Assembly: GCA_016748015.1 (NCBI GenBank) | Contig: JAAOMT010000607.1 | Location: 62,001 to 126,000 of the forward strand | Source: Geosiphon pyriformis uo1 | Lineage: Eukaryota; Fungi; Glomeromycota | Direction: 5' to 3' | DNA length: 64,000 nucleotides | Shown: in pieces, positions 26,578 to 37,317 of the stretch | Position numbering within the stretch: position 1 is the stretch's first letter | Layout of the letters: every line of letters begins with the position of its first letter | Made by a program: the position numbers and the translations under genes | Notes under the pieces: model-generated | What the model was told of the DNA's origin: nothing | Seen by the model: only the letters and a program-made list of their open reading frames with translations | Database searches by the model: none

Positions 26578-28716
26578 TATTAAATGAGTTCATTACTAGA
26601 ACATCAAAAAAGCCCACAAAAGTATATTGCATTATTTTCCTGAGAAACTTAATTTTTCTTCATCATCTTTTTAGTTTATTAAAAAAAGGTTTTTTCGTTT
26701 ATTTACAAAACAAAAATCGGATCTCATGAATCTATTTTGCAATCTGCCCCAAAAATACTTCATTAAAATTTTTGCCCTTTCAAATAGGCTTAAATCCACA
26801 AGAGATTCTTGTTAAACAAAAAATGATTCATTTCATGAAAAAAACCAGTAAATAAAGTTGCTGAATTAAAGAGGCCATATTCCTTTGATTGAACGAAATT
26901 AGGAAAAGGAAAAGGTCCCCGTACTTTCTGTTTCGTCTTGAAAGAATGTATGCAAACTTGTTAAATATTAATCCTCTGGCAACTCTCTTATTCATCCTAT
27001 TGTTTTTTCTTCAAATAATCAATATTTTATTGAGTTGGAAATCCATTAATCAAAATTCTTGAAAAATACTGTTCCAATGCCACATTAGAAAAAAGGTCAT
27101 TCTTGTTTTTGAAAATAAAATTAGTAAATTTTCACAAGGCTCAACACATTATATTTTTTTTATCAGATAATAAAAAAATTTGATCATATAAACGGTTTAT
27201 CTTAATTTTTCATAGTAATCTACCCATAAAATTATATATCAATGGTTTGATTTTTAATTTCTTGTCTCATTTCTATTATAGATAAGTTTTCCCTTTGGAT
27301 TGTGCTCGTCCCTCAAATTTTTTATTTGAACCCTCAAAATTTGGTCTAATTAAAATATGGTTAATTTTGCTTTTAATTCATTCAAAATTTGATCCGATTG
27401 TTTTAAAAAATCTTAAGGCAAGAATTCTCACATTTCGGTTTGAATTTATCGAGAAAACATCCAAAAAAAACGAGGATATCCTGGGAATTAAAAGAGTTAT
27501 AAAATCTATTTATGATTCTTTGGAAATCCCTGTTTGGATCAACATTCACATTTTTTAATGTTTTGATCACGGGTCGCAAAAAGGTTTTTTTGATTAAATT
27601 TTTTTTTGCCTAATAGTGATGTTGGAAATTCCGAGATTTAACTTATCCTTTTTGTCTTACGTCTATGGCTTGAAGTTGAAAAAAAATTCAATAACTTTTA
27701 ATAACCTTCCAATTTATCAGTTTTAATATCAAACAGGCATATATACAATTTAAATGAAAAATTCGACCAGGAAATTTTTTGGGAAAAATTGAGTACTACA
27801 AAAAGGAAGAGATAAGATACCAAATTTTATGCAAATGTGCTAAAAAGGCTTTTTATAACAAGTTTGCTTCGATTTCAATTTTGTTTTATTAGCCAAATAA
27901 AAGTTTAGAATTTTTTATTTCTTGTTTCTGGTTATAATTCCAAGGTATTAATATTATGAATGACTAAGAACATGATGAATTAGAAGTAGATATTTCTAAT
28001 TTGACAAATATTAGGTTAAAATAATATTAATTTTTGAAAAATTTAATAGAATTAGCTAAATATTAATTTTCTTTGTTGCAATTTAATAATTTCTATTTTC
28101 TTATTAATATCAACAATTTTAAAATTCCCAACACATTCCTTTTATATACATGAAAATTATTTTTTTCTTCAGAACTGATTGCAAGTCAATTTTGTAAGAA
28201 CTTGAGAAATGAAATTCTTTTAACTTTATTAGGCGAAAAATATTGTAAATTTAACGAAAAGTGTTTCACATAAATTAAATATCAATGCATTAAATTAGTT
28301 ATCAGCTCAAAGAAATTAAGTTTCGCATGTTAAACCATGATAAGTTTATCAGTTGACTTTAAAAGCTTTTTAAAGAATAACTATTATCTTTTGGATTTGA
28401 AAAAAATTTGAACAATGTCAATATTTTAATATTCAGAAAAAAAATTCGTCAAATATGACCAATTTTGATATTGGTATGAGTATAGTAACTTTTTATAACG
28501 GACTATAAATGAGGAAAATAACTTTGAAATTTTTTGATTATAGAAATGGATTTATATTATTTTCCCAATAGAAAAATTTTCTCTGCACTAATTTTACTAA
28601 TCATTCTCAAGGTTTAACCACTGTAACACCCAATACAAAATTGCATACAAAGATTCTGATACTTTTCCAATTCACTTTATTTTTTAAAATATCTACACCA
28701 ATAAAAATTATATTTA

Positions 28717-29680
28717 TTAATAGTTTGTTGGCCTTCCATTTGACTTTAATACTGCTTCAATCCTCTGTAAGATTGAGACAATACCCTCTTCAAGGGATAT
28801 AGGCATCGAATTTCTCCCATTCCTTTTTTAGCGTAATTTTAAGTTCGACCATAGACTTGGAGAAAATTCATGTCTTTGGATATTTTCCTTCAACAGCTTC
28901 CAAATGTTCTTAATTAGATTCAGGGCTGGCAAATTTGCTTGCTAGTTAATAGTCTTAATTTTATTTCCGTTAATTGTTTTTGGATTTTTCCCGTAGTATG
29001 AATCAGCAGGTTATTTTGCTGAAAAATTGTGTAGCCTCCACTTAATAGCTTAAATACGTTCTGAAGTTAGTATTTTTACAAATATCGATGGTCCTTTTAA
29101 TCTTCCTGCAAAACACCCTAAAAATTATAGATTTTTGTGCATTTTTGAAAGTAAGGGCTAAGGTTTTAGCATTAAATTCTTCTTCAGTGTGCCGCCAAAT
29201 GTTTGGTTGTCGTGATTGCTTCCCGATTCCACACTCGTCTCATCAGAAAAGATAGCTTTTCCCAATCGCAAGCGGTTTTAGTTTTATTTTCCTTACACAA
29301 TCTAACACGAGTATAAGCATGTGTTTCTGAGATTCAAGATTTTTTTTGCTGCAATATGTGAGTGAAATCCGGAATTGTAGGTACATTTGCAGCAATTGAC
29401 AGACTACATTTCAGACCTGAATTATTGACAATTCATGAAGTGATGCAGGTCATTTTTCTTTGACTTTATACACCAATACATCTTTTTCGTGGTTGCTAAG
29501 AATTTGTGATCTTCCAGAACGTAGTAAATTTTATTTTTTTGGTACTCGTCAATAGAGAGCTGTATCGTTGTGAAGTCACGTTAAACCATTTTTGTAATTT
29601 TAACAGGATTTTATGGTTATCATGTATGCCAGAATCTTCCCTTTTTCAATTTCGTTTAAATATTTATAAATAGGTGCCAT
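28717..29680 (-). mobile_element. Tc1/mariner-family transposase pseudogene
   Basis: Multi-frame translation gives LRSGRSQILS (PRSGRP-like), DW..IFSDETSVE, LPALNLIKNIWKLLKENIQR (SPDLNPIENxW-like) and terminal IEAVLKSNGRPTNY*. Many stops and frameshifts; TIRs not resolved. Confidence 0.8.
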
Positions 29681-30191
29681 TTTTACACAACAATATTACA
29701 ATGTTAGAAATTCGTAAAAAAGTAAATAAATTTAAAGTTTATTTGTCAAGAAAATGAGAAAACTTGATATATGTACATCTATTTTGATATTTAAAAGTGG
29801 TCAAACATGCAAAATCGTATAAAGAAGAATTCTCAGAAGACATTTTATAATATAATCATTTAATAAAAAAATTTGATTTTCCAACTAACACATGTTTCAT
29901 TATTGATATCAAATAATTTCATTGCACATTTATATAGCCAGCAATGCTTCTGAAAGAAATGAACACAATCTGTTGGGTGAAGGTTGAGTTACCGACCCAA
30001 ACTTCGCGCTCGGGATTAATTTTCTGAAATCATATTGGTCAGCACATTTCCTTCTGCTATAAAGGATCTATATATTACTGATCAACCAAAAGAAATACAT
30101 GAATTTATTTTAGTAATACATTTCGGAATAACTATTTTTCTATATAAAAAAGAAGGCTTGGAAATTAACATGTGTTCTATATTCATTAAAC

Positions 30192-31627
30192 ATGAACTAC
30201 GAAAAGGTTGTCTTGACCCAATATATCTTTCACAGAATTTTCAACCGAATTCTTATTCTCTTTATTCTTTTCCTAATTATATTTCTTTTAAAAACTAAAG
30301 CTATAAATAAAAACTTAACCTTTCATCTAGAATCTGACAATAAAAGTAATATTCAATCAGAAAATCATACTCTCAACTTATATACCAAAAATGAAAGAGT
30401 CAAAAAGTTTTCCAAATTAAATCTATTTACTTCACTTGACAAAAATTTAAAGTTGAACAATTCAAACTGGAAGAGAGAAGATGCCCTACATTCAATAATT
30501 GTACCTGTTACTGACGAGAGAATACTTCAAATGCTTTATTATATGGCCTTCAAGGCCCATGAAATTTCATGCATAGATGAGAATGCAAAAGGGAATATGC
30601 AAATTGGACATGATGTTTTTGGTAATTCTTTGATTCTAATTTATAAACTTCAATTAAACGTGAAATAGGCTAACAATGGAGAATTTTTATTCTAAAAATT
30701 ATAAAAGTGAGTTTGCCTCAGACATTAGCCTTTTTTGATTCAGCAGTTGCACCCAACCTTCGAAAAAAAAATGTTGTAACATTTCACAGCAAAGAAATTA
30801 GCTACGGTCGATGGACGCACATAGATTGGGGGCCAAAATCGTATTCTGGAATGTTGTTTGTTTCATATTTTTTTAATAAATGGATGAGATATCGGGAAAA
30901 TTTCTGGAAAAAAATGAACCAAGTTGAAACGGATAAAAATTTTCTAAAAGCCAGAAAAAGTTTTGCTTTTGTTGGACATAGTTTTGGTGGGGGTAAGTAT
31001 TTCATTAAACTAAATACAGTAAACAATTATTTATTTATTCTTTAAGAAACAATCAACTGTTTTTTAAATTTTATGCCTAGTTTTTGCAGTATATGCAGCG
31101 TTAGAATTTTACGGAAAACACAAAGCCATACCTTTTGTAATTACATTTGGCCAGCCAAGAATGGGAGATATAAAATTTGTAGCATCTGCAATTACAAGAC
31201 TGTTTATATATCGTGTCACTAATGCTGATGATTGGGTTTCAAGTTTTCCGAAGAATAAAGATGGTTTCAAATATACGCACTTAACCCCAGAATATTGGTC
31301 TCCATTACAAGAAGATTGTGACTGTATAGGAACAGAAGTTAGCAAGATCAATGAGGATACTCGACCACCTGCTTACCCAAGGGTTTACAAATGTTGGAAG
31401 CTTAGAGGAGAATGATGTAAATTAAGTTATTATTTGGTAACTGATTTGTGTCATGCAAAATAATAAATCTGAAAATTTTTATATTTTTATATTTTAAACC
31501 GTCCTGGCGAAGCTAGAAATGCAATTTACAATGGCGTCGCCGAAGAAAACTCAATAAGAGACCAAGGAAAATATTTGATGATCATGCTGGGCCGTATTTC
31601 GGTTTTGTAATGGGAAGGTGTTTTTAA
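30192..31627 (+). pseudogene. Class-3 lipase L6, catalytic GHSFGG intact but frameshifted before the last exon (probable pseudogene)
   Basis: Exons 30192-30621, 30708-30992, 31081-31416, 31517-31627. Exon 3 is 336 nt versus 344 nt in sister L7, giving TGA at 31413-31415, so the DDHAGPYFG exon is out of frame. Confidence 0.78.
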
Positions 31628-32998
31628 TCGGATTTTTGCCTTTTAGCTTAATTCGGTTTTTTTTTGTTATATCAGATTTTATTCTTACACCACATATGAA
31701 AAAATCTCCTTCATTTAATTTCCTTGCGAGTTGTTCAGATTGATTTTCACTGACATGTTTAGAAAATAATAAAATATAGTGTAAGTTTGATGAACTAGCT
31801 ATTTCTAATTCATACTTAGAAATTCAGGTTTAACAAATTTTCACCATAGCTGATGAAAATTTTAAATACCATATTGTTTTATCTCGAAAGATAAAATCAA
31901 AGGTCATAATAATAATAATAATGCAGCCACGTATTACATGTACTTTCCATTTATGAATTGAATTCGTTCTTTTTTAAAATCAAGACCTTATTGATAGTGG
32001 TAAGAAAAATCTACAAAATTGTGTTTAAAAAAATTAATGGTATTTTTTACGAGAAAAAGGTTATTTTTTTAATGCCATAAGCGAAGATTATGCCTCTCTT
32101 TTTATAGGGATATATTTAACAGAAATACTGATAAGAGATTTTGACTTAGAGTTTTCATTAATTTTGGGAAAAACAGAAATATTTTGATTAATAAATTTTA
32201 ATAATAGATATTCGGATTTAAAAGTATTCCCACTGATATAATAATTTCTTCAGATGTCCATAAGGCTCTGCTACCCAACATATTAAGATCGTCTTTTAAT
32301 ATTTTTGGGTTTTTTCTTGTGTCCTTTTTTTAATAAATTTTTTTATGAATATTCTAATTATTTAACTAAATTTAAGGCTTCACTATTTTTAAATGAAAAG
32401 CTTCAAAAAATCGAAGTAATTAAAATTTTATTTTGACCTTGCCTTCATTGAAAAAGTATTTCAGCGTGGATTTAATTTGAGGCAAATTAATATAAAATTT
32501 TCAAATCCCAATAAAATTTGTTTTGCAATTTAAAATTATGGTTTTAATTAAAATAAACACTCACATTTTTCTCATTTAAAACTAATGGACATAAAAATAT
32601 TTTCCTGACCATAAAATTTTTTATTCGTGCTGATCAAATTAATATATTTCAATAGCAAGGGCAGAGGGTTTTCGTTTTACTCGGTGAAAAAGTATATTAA
32701 GCATGCTCAATATTACCTAATTTTAATATTTGAATCCGAACTTGTGTAAAAAAGGTCTCAAGAATATTTGATCATTGGTTTAAAAATAATGTTATTATTG
32801 CTTGGATTTAAGCTAATATTAGCAATTCTTAAAGTTACTACCGAACTATTTCATTTAAAAATACTTATATTAATTACAATAGTTTATTATACATTAGGTT
32901 TCTTAAATATTTTATATCGATCATTTCAAATTTCTGAATTAGATTTCAATAGGCTTAAACAATAAACAGTAAATAACAAGAGTTTATCAGAATTGGCA

Positions 32999-33515
32999 NN
33001 NNNNNNNNNNNNNNNNNNNNNNNNNNNNNNNNNNNNNNNNNNNNNNNNNNNNNNNNNNNNNNNNNNNNNNNNNNNNNNNNNNNNNNNNNNNNNNNNNNNN
33101 NNNNNNNNNNNNNNNNNNNNNNNNNNNNNNNNNNNNNNNNNNNNNNNNNNNNNNNNNNNNNNNNNNNNNNNNNNNNNNNNNNNNNNNNNNNNNNNNNNNN
33201 NNNNNNNNNNNNNNNNNNNNNNNNNNNNNNNNNNNNNNNNNNNNNNNNNNNNNNNNNNNNNNNNNNNNNNNNNNNNNNNNNNNNNNNNNNNNNNNNNNNN
33301 NNNNNNNNNNNNNNNNNNNNNNNNNNNNNNNNNNNNNNNNNNNNNNNNNNNNNNNNNNNNNNNNNNNNNNNNNNNNNNNNNNNNNNNNNNNNNNNNNNNN
33401 NNNNNNNNNNNNNNNNNNNNNNNNNNNNNNNNNNNNNNNNNNNNNNNNNNNNNNNNNNNNNNNNNNNNNNNNNNNNNNNNNNNNNNNNNNNNNNNNNNNN
33501 NNNNNNNNNNNNNNN
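32999..33515. other. Assembly gap (N run)
   Basis: N bases. Confidence 1.
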
Positions 33516-33909
33516 ATTCGAATGTTGAGTTGCGAATTATTGATGGCCATTGGTTATTCGAATTTTGAATTGCGAATTACTAGTGGGCGATGGTTATTCG
33601 AATGTTGAGTTTCGAATTATTGATGGCCGGTGGTTATTCGAATGTTGAGTTTCGAATTATTGATGGCCGATGGTTATTCGAATGTTGAGTTTCGAATTAT
33701 TGATGGCCGGTGGTTATTCGAATGTTGAGTTGCGAATTATTGATGGCCGGCGGTTATTTGAATGTTGAGTCGCAAATTATTGATGGCCGGTGGTTATTCG
33801 AATGTTGAGTTTCGAATTATTGATGGCCGGTGGTTATTCGAATGTTGAGTTGCGAATTATTGATGGCCGGTGGTTATTCGAATGTTGAGTTGCGAATTAT
33901 TGATGGCCG
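33516..33909. repeat. 40-bp minisatellite, ~10 visible copies, flanked by gaps
   Basis: Unit TGGTTATTCGAATGTTGAGT(T/G)TCGAATTATTGATGGCCGG repeated with few substitutions. Confidence 0.95.
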
Positions 33910-34016
33910 NNNNNNNNNNNNNNNNNNNNNNNNNNNNNNNNNNNNNNNNNNNNNNNNNNNNNNNNNNNNNNNNNNNNNNNNNNNNNNNNNNNNNNNNNNN
34001 NNNNNNNNNNNNNNNN
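33910..34016. other. Assembly gap (N run)
   Basis: N bases. Confidence 1.
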
Positions 34017-34152
34017 GTATAACAATTCATGTCATTGACCGTAAGTGGAAGCAGACATTCGGAAGAACGGGTGCACGCACAGAGGTATAACAATTCATGT
34101 CATTGACCGTAAGTGAAAACAGACATTCGGCAGAATGGGTGCATGCACATAG
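34017..34152. repeat. 68-bp tandem repeat, 2 visible copies
   Basis: GTATAACAATTCATGTCATTGACCGTAAGTG...CAC(A)GAG/CATAG at 34017-34084 and 34085-34152. Confidence 0.9.
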
Positions 34153-34262
34153 GTTAGAGAACACCACACTTGGCGATATAAAGGAGTTGGAAACCCCGTG
34201 CTTGGTTGAGTTTCTTCGGTTAAGGTTGGGGTTCTTTCCGGTAAAGGATGCCCCCCTCCCTC

Positions 34263-34396
34263 ACCCAACACTTAGAGCTAGAAGAGATACGTCAACACCC
34301 TTACCTGGATTGTTCTATCAACTAGAGGTTTTAACCTTGGGGACCCGCTGCGATTATCAGTATGACTGGAGACGAGAATGAATCTCTCTTAGATTT
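34263..34396 (-). pseudogene. Degenerate LSU (25S/28S) rRNA fragment
   Basis: CCCTTACC..ATTGTTCTATCAACTAGAGG..ACCTTGGGGACCCGCTGCGATTATCAGTA matches my recollection of the reverse complement of the conserved fungal LSU core (TTCTATCAACTAGAGGCTGTTCACCTTGGAGACCTGCTGCGGTTATCAGTA). Upstream ACCCAACACTTAGAGC matches the next LSU block, with the sequence between them shortened. Confidence 0.75.
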
Positions 34397-36807
34397 TTTT
34401 AGTGTTCTTTGGATTCGTGAGTCGTGAGTGGTGAGTCGTTAGTTGTACTGGTTATAGCTGTTGTGTTAGTGAGTTGGTGGACGCCGGTAATTCGTCGTTG
34501 GTAGTCGATAAAGGTAAGAGTAATCCCATATAGGATAAAATTTTGCCTAAAAGCAGAGAGCACCTCTTTATATGTGTTACTGTCTCTAAGTTTATCAAAA
34601 ATTACGCGTTTGTTTTTGACGCGAAAAAAAGAATCCAAGAATACAAGGGTGGGGTTAACTAGACATTTTTAGTAAAATTGATTTGAAGATAACCTCCTGA
34701 GTTTTTAATATGTGGTCATTAAAAACAAAGCGTCACTTTTTGAAACCTTAGTACTTTCTGAAAATTTTTTATAATATTACGCGGATCCTCATGACTAATG
34801 TAATATTAAGCAGATCCTCATGGCTCATTTTTTTTTGACTCGGCTATCCTAAAATGGCTAAATACAATCAGTATGGGAAATCAAATTCACATCACCCTTA
34901 AAGCCGTGGGACCCATTATAACGTTTAGTTTAATCCTTCCACTTGACTAAAAGTTAGCTAAGAGAACAATATAAATGGTCGCAGCAGGATTAGTCATTAA
35001 GAACATGGCGTCCATATCTCGTATCCGAAAAAAAAATTAATATACTAGACTGAATAATGTAAATAGTCGCAGTAAGATTAATCAAAACACGACCCTGACG
35101 TTTTAACAATCTTACCAAATTCTTCCAATTCTTGCATGCTCCTAATTCATCATGTTTCATACTGTTTTAATATTAAATCTTTTTCCTTATCGACATCTTG
35201 ACATTTGTGTGGTACAAGCCAACTACATTCGCAATGCAGTTTTTTTTGTGTGCTTCATCTAGTAAATTTTGGATGCATCTTTTTAAGCAAGTTTAGATTT
35301 GTTTTATAGAGTTGTGCTTCTTTGCTGATGCTTTAATAGTACGTGAAATATGCACATCCAGAAAAAGACAGAGGTATTTAATATAGTTGATATTATTTTC
35401 ACTAAAAATTGCCATAGTCAACTGTAAGTAAATATCATGTGAGAAAAGTTTAAGCACCACTTGAAATCGCATGAGCAAAGACTTTATATGACATTTTTTT
35501 ATAAATACCTATTTCTTTGTGTGTTTTATTTTTTAGTTAAAGAAAAATTTCTATAAAAAACTGCTTTATAGTTTTATAATGCTGATTGATATAAACCAAT
35601 ATAGTATAGTCCATCCATTATTAAATCAAAAAAATTAAATTTTATTTGTACTTTCAATGGTTATGTTTTTCCGCTCTCTTGACTCATTGCATTATTTGTA
35701 CTTTTTTTGTTATTTTTTATTTTGTTTTCATCTCATCTGTATTTAAAATATAATTGATTTAATTTGGTTTAGGTAAAAAAAAGTACAACTACATATTTAT
35801 CTAGGAAATTGTCTTTCTTGTATTTAGCAAAAAAAAAATTAGTGTTAATAATTGAAATATTCTGAAATTGTTCTTATTCATTTATCGAATTGTTAATTGA
35901 GAACACCATGAGCCTTGTACTATTAAGATAGAGGATAAGTTTAATAAAATCAAAAATAAACTTATAAAACCAGTTTTTATGGGTAACCATAACTTTTTAG
36001 GTCAGTCTGGACTTTGATCATTTTAATAAAATACACAGTTCAAGTCTCTTGAAGTTAATATCAAAACCAAGATTGGGAATGAGGTTATGATTTGAAGATT
36101 GTAAAAGAAAATATTGTTTCTGTCTTTTAAGATCTTTGTTTGCTTTGTACTGGGAAATCTTGTGCTCATGTTAGGATACTAAGATGGAGGTAATAGTAAA
36201 ATCATTAACACTGTGGTTTCTGGGCATAGATTCAACATTATAAACTCTTTGTTCTGAGGGAAGTTTAGGAGCATGTATTTTGTCCTTTCTATCTCAGCAT
36301 CAAAATGTGCTAGCTGAGAATCCAAAAAATTTAGATGCTTTAAATCCAGAAAGCAACATGCAGAATTTGTTAAGTTTTGCTTATAAAGTAAAACTTGAAT
36401 AAATTTTCAAAGTTACTGCGATAGGCAATCATATTCAACTCTTCACGCAACAAGTTTTGTCAGGGTATTCAAGAAGCCTGAGCACAAAGTTTCTAATAGA
36501 ATATTTATTGAAAAGAAATTTTATTTATTCGGGTCAATTAAAGTTTATTCTACAATATTAAGCTTTTTAATTCAATGGTTCTTTAAAACTCAGCTGTAAG
36601 ATTAGGAATTGCGGGTAAGCTTAAGAAAATAATTATCTTCATATCGTGAAAATTAAATAAATTTAGAAGGTTTAGTAGAAAAGAAAATTTAGATTAAAAT
36701 CATTTTTTTTTACACTTAATACCAATATTTAGAGATTATGCTTTCAAGGTGTGATTAATTAATAAAAAAAAACTATCAGAAAAGTAGGAAACATGAAACT
36801 GAATTGT

Positions 36808-37317
36808 TCAAGCTATTGAACTGGCTGCATGGGATCTATCCTCAATTGGTTTAATCTTCAAATTAATCCCAACTCGAGCATTTAACGGTGCACGCCAAGT
36901 TCCAAATATATTTGATTTATTTTGCCCAGGTTTTCCGTACAGCGGAGATTGATGATCATGTAAATTTTTTTCAATTGTATAGATCACAGTAAACATGAGC
37001 TTTTGTAAGGTGCTTGGGTCACCTGATTCGCAACACAAATTAACAGCTTCAACAACACGTTGAAGTGTTGGGTCGTTGTTAATATCAGAATGTTTTACAA
37101 ACGCGTAGAGCTGAGGTTGCGATAATTTGGGAGAAGTTTGAGTTGTCATAGGCGATGCAGGTGGCGTCATAGAAGATGTTGGTTGTAGTGATTCAAAATC
37201 AAATAAATTTGAGTCTCTTGTGGGTGAAAAAGGTGGAGATGAACATGTAGTTGAACTTGTTGAAGAATTGGAAGATTCAGAGTTATTTATGGATTGAATT
37301 GATAAAAGTGGTGCCAT
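36808..37317 (-). CDS. Hypothetical protein, 169 aa: Ser/Thr/Pro-rich N-terminal half and ~100-aa globular C-terminal half
   Basis: ATG in AAAATGG context, GC content above background, uninterrupted 510-nt ORF. No family recognised. Confidence 0.65.
   Translation of the reverse strand: MAPLLSIQSINNSESSNSSTSSTTCSSPPFSPTRDSNLFDFESLQPTSSMTPPASPMTTQTSPKLSQPQLYAFVKHSDINNDPTLQRVVEAVNLCCESGDPSTLQKLMFTVIYTIEKNLHDHQSPLYGKPGQNKSNIFGTWRAPLNARVGINLKIKPIEDRSHAASSIA

Noticed and set aside
33516-33909. CRISPR-like array
   Set aside because: Head-to-tail repeats without unique spacers, no cas genes, eukaryotic context.
32987-34093. ORFs with long X runs (also 61423-61902)
   Set aside because: Artefacts of N gaps.
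34600-34662. Helitron 3' end (hairpin plus CTAG)
   Set aside because: Hairpin is ~35 nt from CTAG, the next base is A rather than T, and no 5' end can be verified because of gaps.
34850-36420. Decayed coding-like sequence with a DEAH-like word
   Set aside because: Stops in all frames and no second supporting motif; family cannot be named.
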